IMG/VR virus record: IMGVR_UViG_3300050343_000117
Span: 64,001 to 128,000 of that record
Length of the DNA: 64,000 bases
Origin: a virus
Direction: 5' to 3' (one strand)
The position numbers were made by a program, and so were the translations under genes. The stretch's first letter is position 1; each line of letters begins with the position of its first letter. The notes beneath the pieces were generated by a model, which had not been told where the DNA came from, made no database searches, and saw only the letters and a list, made by a program, of their open reading frames with translations. Below are positions 10,156-20,397 of this stretch, one piece after another.

Positions 10156-10603
10156 TAGTCTCGGCCTCTAGTTGGTCTTGTAAAATCATAATTGAGTACA
10201 TATCGACTTCAATCTTAGACTTTGCACGACGCAATTTTGCCTTCAACTTACGGTTCTTAGAGTTCTTAATCTCTTCGACTTCGAACGCTTCCATCTTATA
10301 ATTGAAGAGTTTTTCTAGTTTACGTGCCTTGTTATGTTCTTCGTCACGCATCTTCTCTTCTTCTGCTTCTGCCTTCTTTCGTTCAACACGGTCAACAGTT
10401 TCCTTGTCAATCGAATCTTCACCTAGGGCATCAACAACTTCATTAAACAGTTCGTTCTCACTACCATCCTTATCATGACGGTGTAAAAACATTTGTTGTC
10501 GTGTGACACGACCCATATCATCTTCAAGTTCTAGAATACAGTTTAGTTCTTTCTTTTCTTCCGTTTCCCAGAACGCATTATCCATCCATTGTTTACGACT
10601 CAT
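10142..10603 (-). CDS. Hypothetical highly charged protein (possible fibre chaperone)
   Basis: 153-aa ORF overlapping the start of the glycosyltransferase, directly downstream of the 1580-aa repeat gene. Confidence 0.6.
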   Translation of the reverse strand: MSRKQWMDNAFWETEEKKELNCILELEDDMGRVTRQQMFLHRHDKDGSENELFNEVVDALGEDSIDKETVDRVERKKAEAEEEKMRDEEHNKARKLEKLFNYKMEAFEVEEIKNSKNRKLKAKLRRAKSKIEVDMYSIMILQDQLEAETNGKD

Positions 10604-10651
10604 TAAATATCTCCAGAGAGTTCAATTCAAATTATAATGTATATAGTGTTG

Positions 10652-10680
10652 AGATAAAGCGGGTCAAATGAATGACCCGC
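10652..10680 (-). terminator. Probable intrinsic terminator after the 1580-aa gene
   Basis: GCGGGTCA-6nt-TGACCCGC followed by TTTATCT on the minus strand. Confidence 0.6.
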
Positions 10681-10712
10681 CTTGTTCTCATATTATACCA
10701 TACTTAGGTTGA

Positions 10713-13700
10713 TTATGCAACCCTACAGTATAGAGTATAAGTTTCTGGTGTATGTACTAGAGTGTCGCTAATCGTTGCACCAACATAGTTACCTAGGAAG
10801 GAACGTGAGTAGTTGCCACCGAAGTTACGTGAGTAATCACCTGTAAACGTACGTGAGTAGTTACCAGTGAAGTCACCTACGTATGTAGATACACGATCAC
10901 GTGAGTAAGTACCTGAGTATGCAGAACTACGGATTCTTGCGTAAGCAGAAACCCTTACACGTGAGTAGTTACCTACGAAGTCGCGTGAGTAGTTACCTAC
11001 GAAGTCACCAACAAAATCACGGGCATATGTACCAGTGTATTCACCAGCATATGCTCTTGAGTAGTTACCAGTGAAGTCACCAGCAAAGTCACGAGTGTAC
11101 TGACCGGAGAAATCACGTGAGTAGTTACCTGTGAATGTGTTAGAGTAAGTACCAGTGTACTCACCAACGAATCCACGAGCGTAGTTTCCTACGTAGTTTC
11201 CACCGAAGTTACGTGAGTAAGTTCCGGAGTAAGCGCCAGTGTACTCACCAACGAATCCACGTGAGTAAGTTCCAGCATATTCACCAGTGAAAGTACGTGC
11301 ATAGTTTCCTACGTAGTTTCCACCAAACTGTCGAGTGTAATTACCAACATAGTTACCAGTAAAGTCACCAACATAATCCCCAACAAAGTTACCCGCATAG
11401 TTACGAGAGTATTGTCCGGAGAATGTGCGTGAGTAGTTACCTGTAAAGTCACCAGCAAAGTTAGTTACACGATCACGAGTGTATGCAGATGAACGGTTAC
11501 GTGTGTAAACCGAAACACGAGTCCTTACATATGCAGAGTAACGAGTACGCGTTGAAGTACGAGTGTACTCACCAGTATAGTTACCAGCGTAATCGCCAGC
11601 GTATCCACGAGCGTAGTTGCCTACGAAGTCACCAGCATACCCACGTGCGTAGTTACCCACGAAGTTACCAGCGAAGTTAGTTACGCGATCTCTTGTGAAG
11701 TCACCAATATAGTTAGTCACACGTGTACGAGCGTAAGCAGAACCACGGTTACGAGTCGAAGTACGTGTTGAAGTACGAGTAAAGTCGCCAACATAGTTAG
11801 TGATACGAGTACGAGCATATGCAGAGTAACGAACGCGAGTAGAAGTTCGAGTTGAAGTTCTTGCGTAGTTACCTACGAAGTTACCAGCAAAGTTAGTTAC
11901 ACGGTTACGAGTAAAGTCGCCAACATAGTTAGTGATACGAGTACGAGCGTAAGCAGAGTAACGAGTACGTGTTGAAGTACGAGTACTAGTTCTTGCGTAG
12001 TTACCAACATAATCACCGGCATAACCTAGAGTACGTGTGTAGTCACCTACGTAATCACCAGCATAGTAACCAGTACGAGTGTAGTAACCAGTCTCAGTAC
12101 GAGTACGAGTACTAGTTCTTGCGTAGTTACCAGTATAGTGACCAGTGCGTGTACGACCATAGTTACCAGTGTAAGCACCAGTACGTGTACGAGAGTAATC
12201 TCCGGCATATGAGAACGCACGGTTACGTGAGTAATCTCCAGCAAAGTTACCTGTAAAGTTAGTTACACGATCACGTGAGTAGTTACCCGCATAAGATGCG
12301 TTACGTGTACGAGAGTAGTTTCCTACGAAATCACCGGCATAAGATGCAGCACGGTTACGTGAGTAATCTCCAGCATAAGATGCATTACGTGTACGTCCGT
12401 AGTTACCTACAAAGTTTCCGGTATAGTTAGTAGCACGAGTACGACCATAGTTACCAGTATATGTTACGCCACGAGTGTAGTTACCAGTATAGTAGAATGT
12501 TGAATTACGAGTACGTGTGTAGTTACCCGCGAAACTGGTTGTTCTGGAATATGTCAAGTTACCTACGAAGTTACCAGCGAAGTTACCAGCATAAGATGAA
12601 CCACCCGATTGGTAAGTAACACCATAATGTGATACGAATCCATTCGTGTTTCTCCAAACAGCACGATAATATGTTACACCGCCAGCAGTCAGAGATGTTC
12701 CGTTTCCTGTCATGCTTCCAACTATAGATCCATTAACATAAACGGTAACAAAATTGATTCCACCTTCATTATCCGAACGCCAACCTGTAGTTAACGACCA
12801 GTTATTTCCGGAATATGCGTTGGTTACGGTACCACCAGCACCAGTAGAAGTACGTGTGGAAGTACGCGTTGATGTTACTGTACGAGTATAGTTTGAAGTT
12901 GCTACACTGTTACGAGTATAGTTACCAACATATCCCGTTCCGTTAACAGAGGTTCTAGTATAGTCAAGTGTTGCAGCACGTCCTCTAGAGTAATCACCAA
13001 CAAAGTTACCTGTGAAGTTGGTTGCACGAGTACGTGAGTAGTTACCCGCATAAGATGCGGCACGAGTACGTCCATAGTTACCAGTATATGTTGCATTACG
13101 TGTACGTGTTGATGTACGAGCATAGTTACCGACATAAGATGCGGCACGAGTACGTCCATAGTTACCTACGAAGTTGCCTGCGTAGTTAGTAGCACGAGTA
13201 CGACCATAGTTACCAGTATAGTGACCAGTACGTGTACGTCCGTAGTTACCGACATATGAGAATGCACGGTTACGAGAGTAATCACCAGCGTATGAGAACG
13301 CACGGTTACGAGAGTAGTCACCTACGTAGTTTCCAGCATAGTACAATGTACGAGTATATGCTAGTGTACGTGTTGATGTACGTGTTGAAGTACGTGTATA
13401 GTTGTATGTTTGGTAGCGAGTACGTGTTGAAGTTCTTGCGTAATTTCCCACATAATCGCCAGCATAGTTACCAGCATATCCACGAGCATAGTTACCAACA
13501 AAATCACCTGTGAACGTTGTTGCATAGTTACCAACAAAATCACCAGCAAAGTTAGTTACACGATCACGTGAATAGTTACCTACGTAATCACCAGCATAGT
13601 TACCAGCGTATCCACGTGCGTAGTTACCAACAAAGTCGCCAGTAAATGTGGTTGCATAGTTACCTACGTAATCACCGGCATAGTTACCAGCAAAGTTACG

Positions 13701-15455
13701 TGCATAGTTTCCTACGAAGTTACCAACGAAGTCACGAGCATAGTTTCCTACGAAGTTACCGGCAAAGTTAGTGACACGGTCACGTGTATATGCAGAGTAG
13801 CGAGTACGAGTTGACGTACGAGCATATGCTGAATAACGTGTACGAGTAGATGTACGAGTAGAAACGCGAGCGTAGTTACCAACATAATCACCTGCATAAC
13901 CACGGGAATAGTTACCTACGAATCCACGTGAGTAGTTACCCACGAATCCACGAGCATAGTTTCCTACGAAGTTACCGGCAAAGTTAGTGACTCGATTGCG
14001 TGTGTAAGTAGAAACACGTGCACGAGAGTAAACGCCTGCAAAGTTAGTTACACGGTCACGTGTATAATTGGTAATACGAGTACGGGTGTAATCAGCAGAG
14101 TATGCTGAAGTACGAGTACGAGTATAAGTCCCTGCGTAAGCAGATACACGGTTGCGTGAATAGGTACCGGCATATGCAGATACACGGTTACGAGAATAAG
14201 TTCCAGCGTAAGTTCCAGTGTATGTTGATACGCGTGTACGAGTGTAGTCTGCTGAGTAAGAAGAACTACGTGTACGTGAGTAAGTACCTGAGTAAGTTGA
14301 AACACGACCACGAGTATATGCAGATGTGCGAGTACGTGAGAATGTTCCGGTAAATGGTGTGACGCGGTTTCGAACATATGTAGAAACACGTGAACGGTTG
14401 TAAGTACCGGCAAAGTATCCAGTAAATGCAGTTAGTCTATTACGTGTATATGAAGATACGCGTGTTCTTGCATAATTACCTACGTAATCACGTGAATAAT
14501 TACCTACGAAGTCACGGGAATATGCACCAGTGTAGTTACCAACAAACGTACGTGCAAATGTGTCCACACTGTTACGTGTGTAAGTAGAAACACGGTCACG
14601 TGAGTATGCAGAAACCCTAGTACGAGTGTAAGCTGAGTTACGTGTACGAGAGTATGCAACGTCGACAATAGTACGACGGGTGTTAGAGGCAGAACCTCGT
14701 GGTACCCATGTACCTGCCAAAGATGGTGCGCCTTGTGCAGATGAACGCAACTGGTATGAACCAATCGCACCTGCTGTAGATCGAAGTGATTTAGCACGTT
14801 GACCAAGTGTGTACTTGATTTCCGCGTCGGTCATAGACTTCAGACCATTGAATGATGTACCATCATAATCTGTTGCGACTGGACGTGTAGTAACTACACC
14901 AGCTGGTGGAGTTGCAAGTGCAGTTCGTTTCCAGATATGATATTGAGTTGTTGTACCATCACCATGTGTATCGGCAAACACATTCTCGATGTGCTTAGTC
15001 CAATCACTACCTGGCGAGGTAGTTGAAAGTTCGAATGCACCTTGAAGACCTAGAGTCTCCATGTTTTTTAGTGCACGGTTTGTCAGATTATCCAAATCCC
15101 CATCTACCATTTCGTAGAAGCCAGGATTTGCGTTATCTGCGTAATAACCGACAGGACGGGCAAAATCAGAACCAGATTCACTCGCGGAACCAGCAACCTG
15201 TTTCAAGGTTGTAGTTACACTTGTGCCAGTGATAGCAGACATTGGGTGTGTACCCGCTGGTTCATTGTAGTACGTATCTACAAAAGAACCGATGTTTGTA
15301 CCATTGGTTAGACTGATGTCACCGACATCACCAGCGGAGGCCTCCGCTAATGCTTCACCCACTTTTACAGCAAGATACATCTCTTCTGCTGGAGTGAATT
15401 CCTGTAGGTCACCATCGGTATTTTTAATTTTTAGTGGTATACTAGATGCTGACAC
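10713..15455 (-). CDS. 1580-aa tetrapeptide-repeat fibre; predicted giant intramolecular beta-hairpin
   Basis: 267-aa N domain, 606-aa repeat arm, 81-aa central domain, 606-aa mirror arm and 20-aa tail; late promoter upstream. Confidence 0.85.
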   Translation of the reverse strand: MSASSIPLKIKNTDGDLQEFTPAEEMYLAVKVGEALAEASAGDVGDISLTNGTNIGSFVDTYYNEPAGTHPMSAITGTSVTTTLKQVAGSASESGSDFARPVGYYADNANPGFYEMVDGDLDNLTNRALKNMETLGLQGAFELSTTSPGSDWTKHIENVFADTHGDGTTTQYHIWKRTALATPPAGVVTTRPVATDYDGTSFNGLKSMTDAEIKYTLGQRAKSLRSTAGAIGSYQLRSSAQGAPSLAGTWVPRGSASNTRRTIVDVAYSRTRNSAYTRTRVSAYSRDRVSTYTRNSVDTFARTFVGNYTGAYSRDFVGNYSRDYVGNYARTRVSSYTRNRLTAFTGYFAGTYNRSRVSTYVRNRVTPFTGTFSRTRTSAYTRGRVSTYSGTYSRTRSSSYSADYTRTRVSTYTGTYAGTYSRNRVSAYAGTYSRNRVSAYAGTYTRTRTSAYSADYTRTRITNYTRDRVTNFAGVYSRARVSTYTRNRVTNFAGNFVGNYARGFVGNYSRGFVGNYSRGYAGDYVGNYARVSTRTSTRTRYSAYARTSTRTRYSAYTRDRVTNFAGNFVGNYARDFVGNFVGNYARNFAGNYAGDYVGNYATTFTGDFVGNYARGYAGNYAGDYVGNYSRDRVTNFAGDFVGNYATTFTGDFVGNYARGYAGNYAGDYVGNYARTSTRTRYQTYNYTRTSTRTSTRTLAYTRTLYYAGNYVGDYSRNRAFSYAGDYSRNRAFSYVGNYGRTRTGHYTGNYGRTRATNYAGNFVGNYGRTRAASYVGNYARTSTRTRNATYTGNYGRTRAASYAGNYSRTRATNFTGNFVGDYSRGRAATLDYTRTSVNGTGYVGNYTRNSVATSNYTRTVTSTRTSTRTSTGAGGTVTNAYSGNNWSLTTGWRSDNEGGINFVTVYVNGSIVGSMTGNGTSLTAGGVTYYRAVWRNTNGFVSHYGVTYQSGGSSYAGNFAGNFVGNLTYSRTTSFAGNYTRTRNSTFYYTGNYTRGVTYTGNYGRTRATNYTGNFVGNYGRTRNASYAGDYSRNRAASYAGDFVGNYSRTRNASYAGNYSRDRVTNFTGNFAGDYSRNRAFSYAGDYSRTRTGAYTGNYGRTRTGHYTGNYARTSTRTRTETGYYTRTGYYAGDYVGDYTRTLGYAGDYVGNYARTSTRTSTRTRYSAYARTRITNYVGDFTRNRVTNFAGNFVGNYARTSTRTSTRVRYSAYARTRITNYVGDFTRTSTRTSTRNRGSAYARTRVTNYIGDFTRDRVTNFAGNFVGNYARGYAGDFVGNYARGYAGDYAGNYTGEYTRTSTRTRYSAYVRTRVSVYTRNRSSAYTRDRVTNFAGDFTGNYSRTFSGQYSRNYAGNFVGDYVGDFTGNYVGNYTRQFGGNYVGNYARTFTGEYAGTYSRGFVGEYTGAYSGTYSRNFGGNYVGNYARGFVGEYTGTYSNTFTGNYSRDFSGQYTRDFAGDFTGNYSRAYAGEYTGTYARDFVGDFVGNYSRDFVGNYSRVRVSAYARIRSSAYSGTYSRDRVSTYVGDFTGNYSRTFTGDYSRNFGGNYSRSFLGNYVGATISDTLVHTPETYTLYCRVA
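10776..12593 (-). repeat. C-terminal arm: 148 tetrapeptide units plus 7 dipeptide inserts (1818 nt)
   Basis: Same length as the N arm, with inserts at mirror positions. Confidence 0.9.
12837..14654 (-). repeat. N-terminal arm: 148 tetrapeptide units plus 7 dipeptide inserts (1818 nt)
   Basis: Units of type YxRx, RxSx/RxTx, STRT and (Y/F)xG(N/D), counted by hand. Confidence 0.9.
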
Positions 15456-15507
15456 GATATCGTCTCTCTTTAGCTAAAGTTAAAGTTTATTGGTTAATGA
15501 CGTAGTA

Positions 15508-15515
15508 TATTTATA
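15508..15515 (-). promoter_or_regulatory. T4-type late promoter TATAAATA
   Basis: Exact consensus about 50 nt upstream of the 1580-aa gene. Confidence 0.8.
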
Positions 15516-15518
15516 ACA

Positions 15519-15553
15519 AAAAAAATGTGCATAAACGGAGTCTAGGCACATTT
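15519..15553 (-). terminator. Probable intrinsic terminator
   Basis: AAATGTGC...GCACATTT stem followed by a T-run on the minus strand, downstream of the tail chaperone gene. Confidence 0.5.
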
Positions 15554-15621
15554 CTTAAAAAATATTTACTTTACTTATAAGATTCTCATTATACACTATA
15601 ATTTAAAAAATGCAAGTAAAA

Positions 15622-16062
15622 TTATTGTGGAGTTTCTGGCCAGTTGACCTGATCAATATTTGACATATTCGGATCAATAAAGTCTAAGTCCCTTAATTCC
15701 TGACGATACCCCGCCCACGCATTCTTCATATCAGTAGATAGTGGAGAGTCTGAGAGCTGAGTCCAGTCAGTGCTCGCTATCATGCGATTTCTCATAAATC
15801 TGACTTCATTCATTAGATCTTCTTGATCCCAGACCCATTCTCCATCTACCCAAGAAGAATGTCTATTTGGAGAAGATTCTCTTTCTTTCCAGTTACCATC
15901 CCAGTAATGGGTCTGTATAAACTCAGCTTTATCTGAGATTACAAAATCAATATGGACAATTGTTGTTCCATCTTCTCTTAAACCTTCAGGTTCATTAGAA
16001 CCAGATGCTAACTTTAATGTTTGTATTTCATTATTTCTAATGTATGCGATATAATAAATCAT
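15622..16062 (-). CDS. Tail fibre assembly chaperone (Phage_tail_APC-like)
   Basis: VRFMRNRMIASTDWTQLSDSPL...WAGYRQELRDL...VNWPETP. Confidence 0.85.
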   Translation of the reverse strand: MIYYIAYIRNNEIQTLKLASGSNEPEGLREDGTTIVHIDFVISDKAEFIQTHYWDGNWKERESSPNRHSSWVDGEWVWDQEDLMNEVRFMRNRMIASTDWTQLSDSPLSTDMKNAWAGYRQELRDLDFIDPNMSNIDQVNWPETPQ

Positions 16063-16075
16063 TTATTTTCTCTTT

Positions 16076-16822
16076 TTAAATTAATTCTGCCGAAAGAATC
16101 ATTCCTGTAATTGAATTGCCCCAGGTTTCGCTACTTGTAGTAGAACTACCCCCACCAAAGGGTCCTTCATCACCACCACCACCAAAACCACTTCCGGCAA
16201 GACTGTAGTAATTGATTGCGTATGGAGCTCCACTAAACATCAATCCTATTAATGAGGTATCTCCGCCATCTGGTCCTCCGAAACTGCTTAAAGTTCCACT
16301 TGTCCAGTTCGATATTTCCCAATAGTCAGAGTTGCTACCTAAGCTAATACCTCCATTTGTTGTAGACCAAGCATCTACACTTCGTGGCTCATGATATTCC
16401 GTAATTTGAAAATGCTGACCTAATTTTATAGATCGACTATCAAATTGTATTGTATTATCTTCGTTATACACAGTCAAACCATAATCATCGGTAGATGATA
16501 CCTTACTGGAGTGTTTTACTACAAAATAATCTAGAGTTACTGCTGTTGCATTAGCAAAAGATGAATCTCCACTGTTATTGAAAGTTCCAACTCTTCCGTA
16601 AAACTGGGCATTAAACCCCGCACCCATAAAAATTACTGTATTAGCAAAACTACTTGCTTGATTCGAAGGAATTTTTACAAAAAGAAAATCATCACTGGCT
16701 ACAGTAGTACTAGGACTAGTACCAGTTCCAATTTCTGTAATAATATAACTATTCATTTTGCGAGAAGAATCAAACATTAACCCGCCATTATCATTATATA
16801 CTGTAAGACCGTATTCGCTCAT
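16076..16822 (-). CDS. Fibre-tip accessory/receptor-binding protein
   Basis: Duplicated YGLTVYNxxxxxxFDS motif and Gly-rich loops. Confidence 0.65.
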   Translation of the reverse strand: MSEYGLTVYNDNGGLMFDSSRKMNSYIITEIGTGTSPSTTVASDDFLFVKIPSNQASSFANTVIFMGAGFNAQFYGRVGTFNNSGDSSFANATAVTLDYFVVKHSSKVSSTDDYGLTVYNEDNTIQFDSRSIKLGQHFQITEYHEPRSVDAWSTTNGGISLGSNSDYWEISNWTSGTLSSFGGPDGGDTSLIGLMFSGAPYAINYYSLAGSGFGGGGDEGPFGGGSSTTSSETWGNSITGMILSAELI

Positions 16823-17112
16823 TATTGAAACCTAAATATTTTTGCAGAAAATGATTGAGATCCGCCACTTGTATTACTAATTACAATTCTATCATTAGTC
16901 GTATCTCTAGATACTGTAATGAAATTATTTGCTGACAAATGAATTCCTATAAGTGCTGGATTTCCAGCACCACTTGTTTGGATATTATATGTGCCTCCAG
17001 CAGATAGTGCCTGATCAGTCAATTCAAAATCATACTCTTCATTGAATACATTATTAGCATTTGTAATGACGCCACCATTAACACCGTCTGAAATATATAG
17101 TCCATAACTCAT
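16822..17112 (-). CDS. Small fibre-tip accessory protein
   Basis: Starts MSYGLYISDG; translationally coupled to both neighbours. Confidence 0.65.
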   Translation of the reverse strand: MSYGLYISDGVNGGVITNANNVFNEEYDFELTDQALSAGGTYNIQTSGAGNPALIGIHLSANNFITVSRDTTNDRIVISNTSGGSQSFSAKIFRFQ

Positions 17113-20100
17113 GATAGATTCCCTAGCTTAACTCTAACTCTAGAGACTTCAACATTATTTTCAATAACAGTATCACTAATTGTGATAAGATCGTTAGTAA
17201 TTGACATACTACCTTGTCCGGCTACACTAGATGTTATATTTAGACCAGTGTCTCCCGCTTGGTAACTATCTGGATCAGTTGTAATAGCAACTAAACTTGC
17301 ATCGATTCTACCCGTGGTAATATGACCACCATCAATAGTTGTGATTAAAGCTGATTGCGGATTACCTAACTCTTGGTTCATGTTTTGGAAAGTAACCAAG
17401 CCATTGAAGTTGTAACTACGGAATGCAGCACTTACTGAGACTGTTGTAGCACCATTCTCTCCGGAGGCCTTTTCTGCAAAGTATCTAGCAGCCCATAACG
17501 TACCCGATAGATTAGTTCCCACTGTAGGATCCATTCCCCAGTTACCATTCAATCCGGTGATTGAACCGCCATCCGAATCATCCCAAGTAAATCCTAGTGC
17601 TGCGCCGGCTGCGTTGTAAGAAGGTTGTAGTCCCGCGGCTAGAGTATCTTGTTCCGCTTCAATTTCGGTGTAGTAATATACGTACCCACGAGATTCTCTA
17701 GGTAGATTTTCTAAGTCCGGAGTTCCTGAATCACCATCGATAGAGTGGATAACTGGACTTGTCCATGTTAAATCATCATCGATTCCTTGTAAGTCACCCT
17801 GAACTGTAGCTACCGCACGACTCATCCATAGTGCATTACCTAGTGTACGATCTTCTTGTGGAGTTTCTGACCAATCAGAAGGTAGTCCATACATTCCATC
17901 GTTATCAAAATCATAGTAAACACTCCCGCTTGGGTCATTGTTTGTAGGTAGAGTCCCTATAATGCTTGATACGGTCGCAGTAGAAGAATCTCTCTTAAAG
18001 ATCTGTACCTGATATGTCGAGAAACCGTCCGCACCGTTATTGTGATCTAGGTAAGGAGCAGACCATGTTGCAGTGTTGTCTGTACCCTCATCACCACTGA
18101 TAGAGAAGGTTGCTTCAGACGCCCATATAGTACCACCTACGCCTACGTTATATCCCGCAGCGTCCATAAGACCCACATCGTCATACCATGTATGATCGGT
18201 TGCAGTAGGCATTACTTTAGCGATACCACCCGTGAAGTTAACACTACCACCTGTAGGAGTATTTGGGGCACTAGCACTTGGTGTTCTGGTTACCGCAACA
18301 ACGTGCGCAGTAGATCGGCCAGGTGCACCATTACCGCCCGACTGAGTTGCATTTGGGAGATCCCATTCTATTTGAGTATCTTCTACCAGAGGAGTAGTTG
18401 CTGTTGGATAGTTGTCTGGTCGAGTTGACGCAACACCTGTAATGACGTATAATTGACTATCACCTGTTGGTACTGTTTTAGACCAATCTGCAGGCGGTGT
18501 AAATGTTTTAGTTTCGAAGTTAAATGATCCGCCAGACACGGCAGTGGATGTAGTCCAACTACCCGCACGACGGTATGCATTAACCTGTGTGACTTGATAT
18601 CCATCGATACCATCAATCGCAACATTAAGAATTAGTTTTGGTGTAGTAAATGTTAGAGTATTATCTGCACCGATCGCACCACGAAGAGTAGCGACTGTAC
18701 TGATCTCCCATAGTGGACCATTGCTTTCGTCGTTACTATCGAACAACGGCGGCATCTCTTCTGTCCAATTGATACCTTCACGTGAAGGTAAACTTGTAAA
18801 TCTGTTTAATGTAAAGTCATACACCGCACCATTTCCCGCATTGTTTGCTGGATTCGGTAGAATGTATTTAGCCTCTGTTAAGTCTTCATGTGATCGCGCA
18901 TACAAAGACTTGAAGTATGTTGATACTGGAACGATCGACTGAATCGTAGGTTCTGACCAATCAAGTGGCGTACCTGTAGATGTTCTGTCGTCTGTAGCCC
19001 AGTCTTCGCCGGTATCACCAAACTGTGTGAATAAGTGATATGACTGCCATAGAGTATCTGTACCAGATGGTGGTGTTGAGTACCATTGGTTACCCGAAGA
19101 ATCTGTAATAGGGAATCCTAGATGAACCCCTGCTGGAGTGGCTGCACCGAAATCGATACCACCACCACGTGGCTCATCTGGTACAACTAAATCGTTGTTG
19201 GCGTCTGCGGTATCTGGTACGCGACGATATGCAACCGCTAGGAACGTGGACCTACCATCTTGACCGTCTGTACCTGAAGATGTTGGTCGTGGATCTCCCC
19301 ATGTGATCGAAGTATCAACTGTATTACCTTCTGCAAGATCTACATCACTTGCAATACCTGTTACAACATACAGTTGAGGAGTTTCGTCGGTACGAGGTGG
19401 GGGTGTGCTTTCCCATCCAGCATCTACCGATGCAGTTACCTGTTCTTCATCTGGTGATAAGTAAATTCCTGTAGAGAAATCAAATGTACCACCCACTGGA
19501 GCATCAGCTGCGCCAAGTGTCGTATCGCTTGCAACTCTCTTATATGCAAATATCTGTGCATACTTAGCTCCCGCACTGTTATCTACTGGAGTTGACTGTG
19601 ATCCTACAAGTGATGGATCTGACCATGTGCCTGCGTTTACGGTTACGTCTGGGTCAAGCGTAATAAAGGTTGTAGTAGACGCGCCAGACATCTTCGTTTG
19701 CTGGAGTTGAAGGAATACTTCTGTACCAGTTTGGACCCGTAGGTTCTACAAAGTTTCCGGTCGAAAATGTATATGACCCATTGTTTGGTTTTGTAGGGGT
19801 AGTCTCTTTTGGAGAACGTGCGTATACTGTGACTGTGTAGACAGATGTACCACCACCGCCAGTGCCACCACCGGATTCATCATCCGATATCCAAATAGAC
19901 CCATTCCATTTTAATACCTGACCGATAGTTTTACCTGTGGTATTAACATCACCCATATCGTCCAAGTTGGATGGTATAAATGGTCTATTAGTTAGACTAT
20001 TATAGTCTCCATCAAAATCACTAGACCCAGAATCGCCTTTGTTCGCAAGTTCTACCCATGAATTATTGTGCGCAAAATATGCGGCTCCAGTATCATGAAC

Positions 20101-20397
20101 ATGGGCAAACATACCGTGATAGGTAGATGCATTTGGTAGGTCTGACACTGACTGGTACATGTTGCCAAACAAAACTTTATTGCCGGACATATCCAAGTCG
20201 GAACCTTCGATGATTGCACGGACTGCAGCGGCATCAAGACTCAAGTCTAGACTATCGATCGCAGCCTGAATCAATGCATTGACTTCGGCCTCTGTCATCT
20301 TAGACGTATCTATCTCAGCGAAGTTTTGATTGATCTTTAAAATCGCGGCGTTGATGTTGTCTGCAAGGTTGACTACTTGTATGTTATTGTTGCTCAT
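17109..20397 (-). CDS. Tail fibre/host-specificity protein, about 1095 aa, split by an apparent 1-nt insertion near 19684
   Basis: ORFs 19654..20397 and 17109..19691 join as NEDVW|ASTTTF. Repeated P.GG.FDF...W...PP...LW...W..P modules, TTIDGGHITTG and C-terminal RVRVKLGNLS. Confidence 0.75.

Noticed and set aside
10776-14654. DNA-level inverted repeat or cruciform as the cause of the fibre's mirror symmetry
   Set aside because: Short palindromes (TACGTA, ACGCGT, GTAC) arise from Tyr/Arg/Thr codons, but paired units such as RVST and FVGN are not reverse complements. The symmetry is in the protein. An einverted run would confirm.
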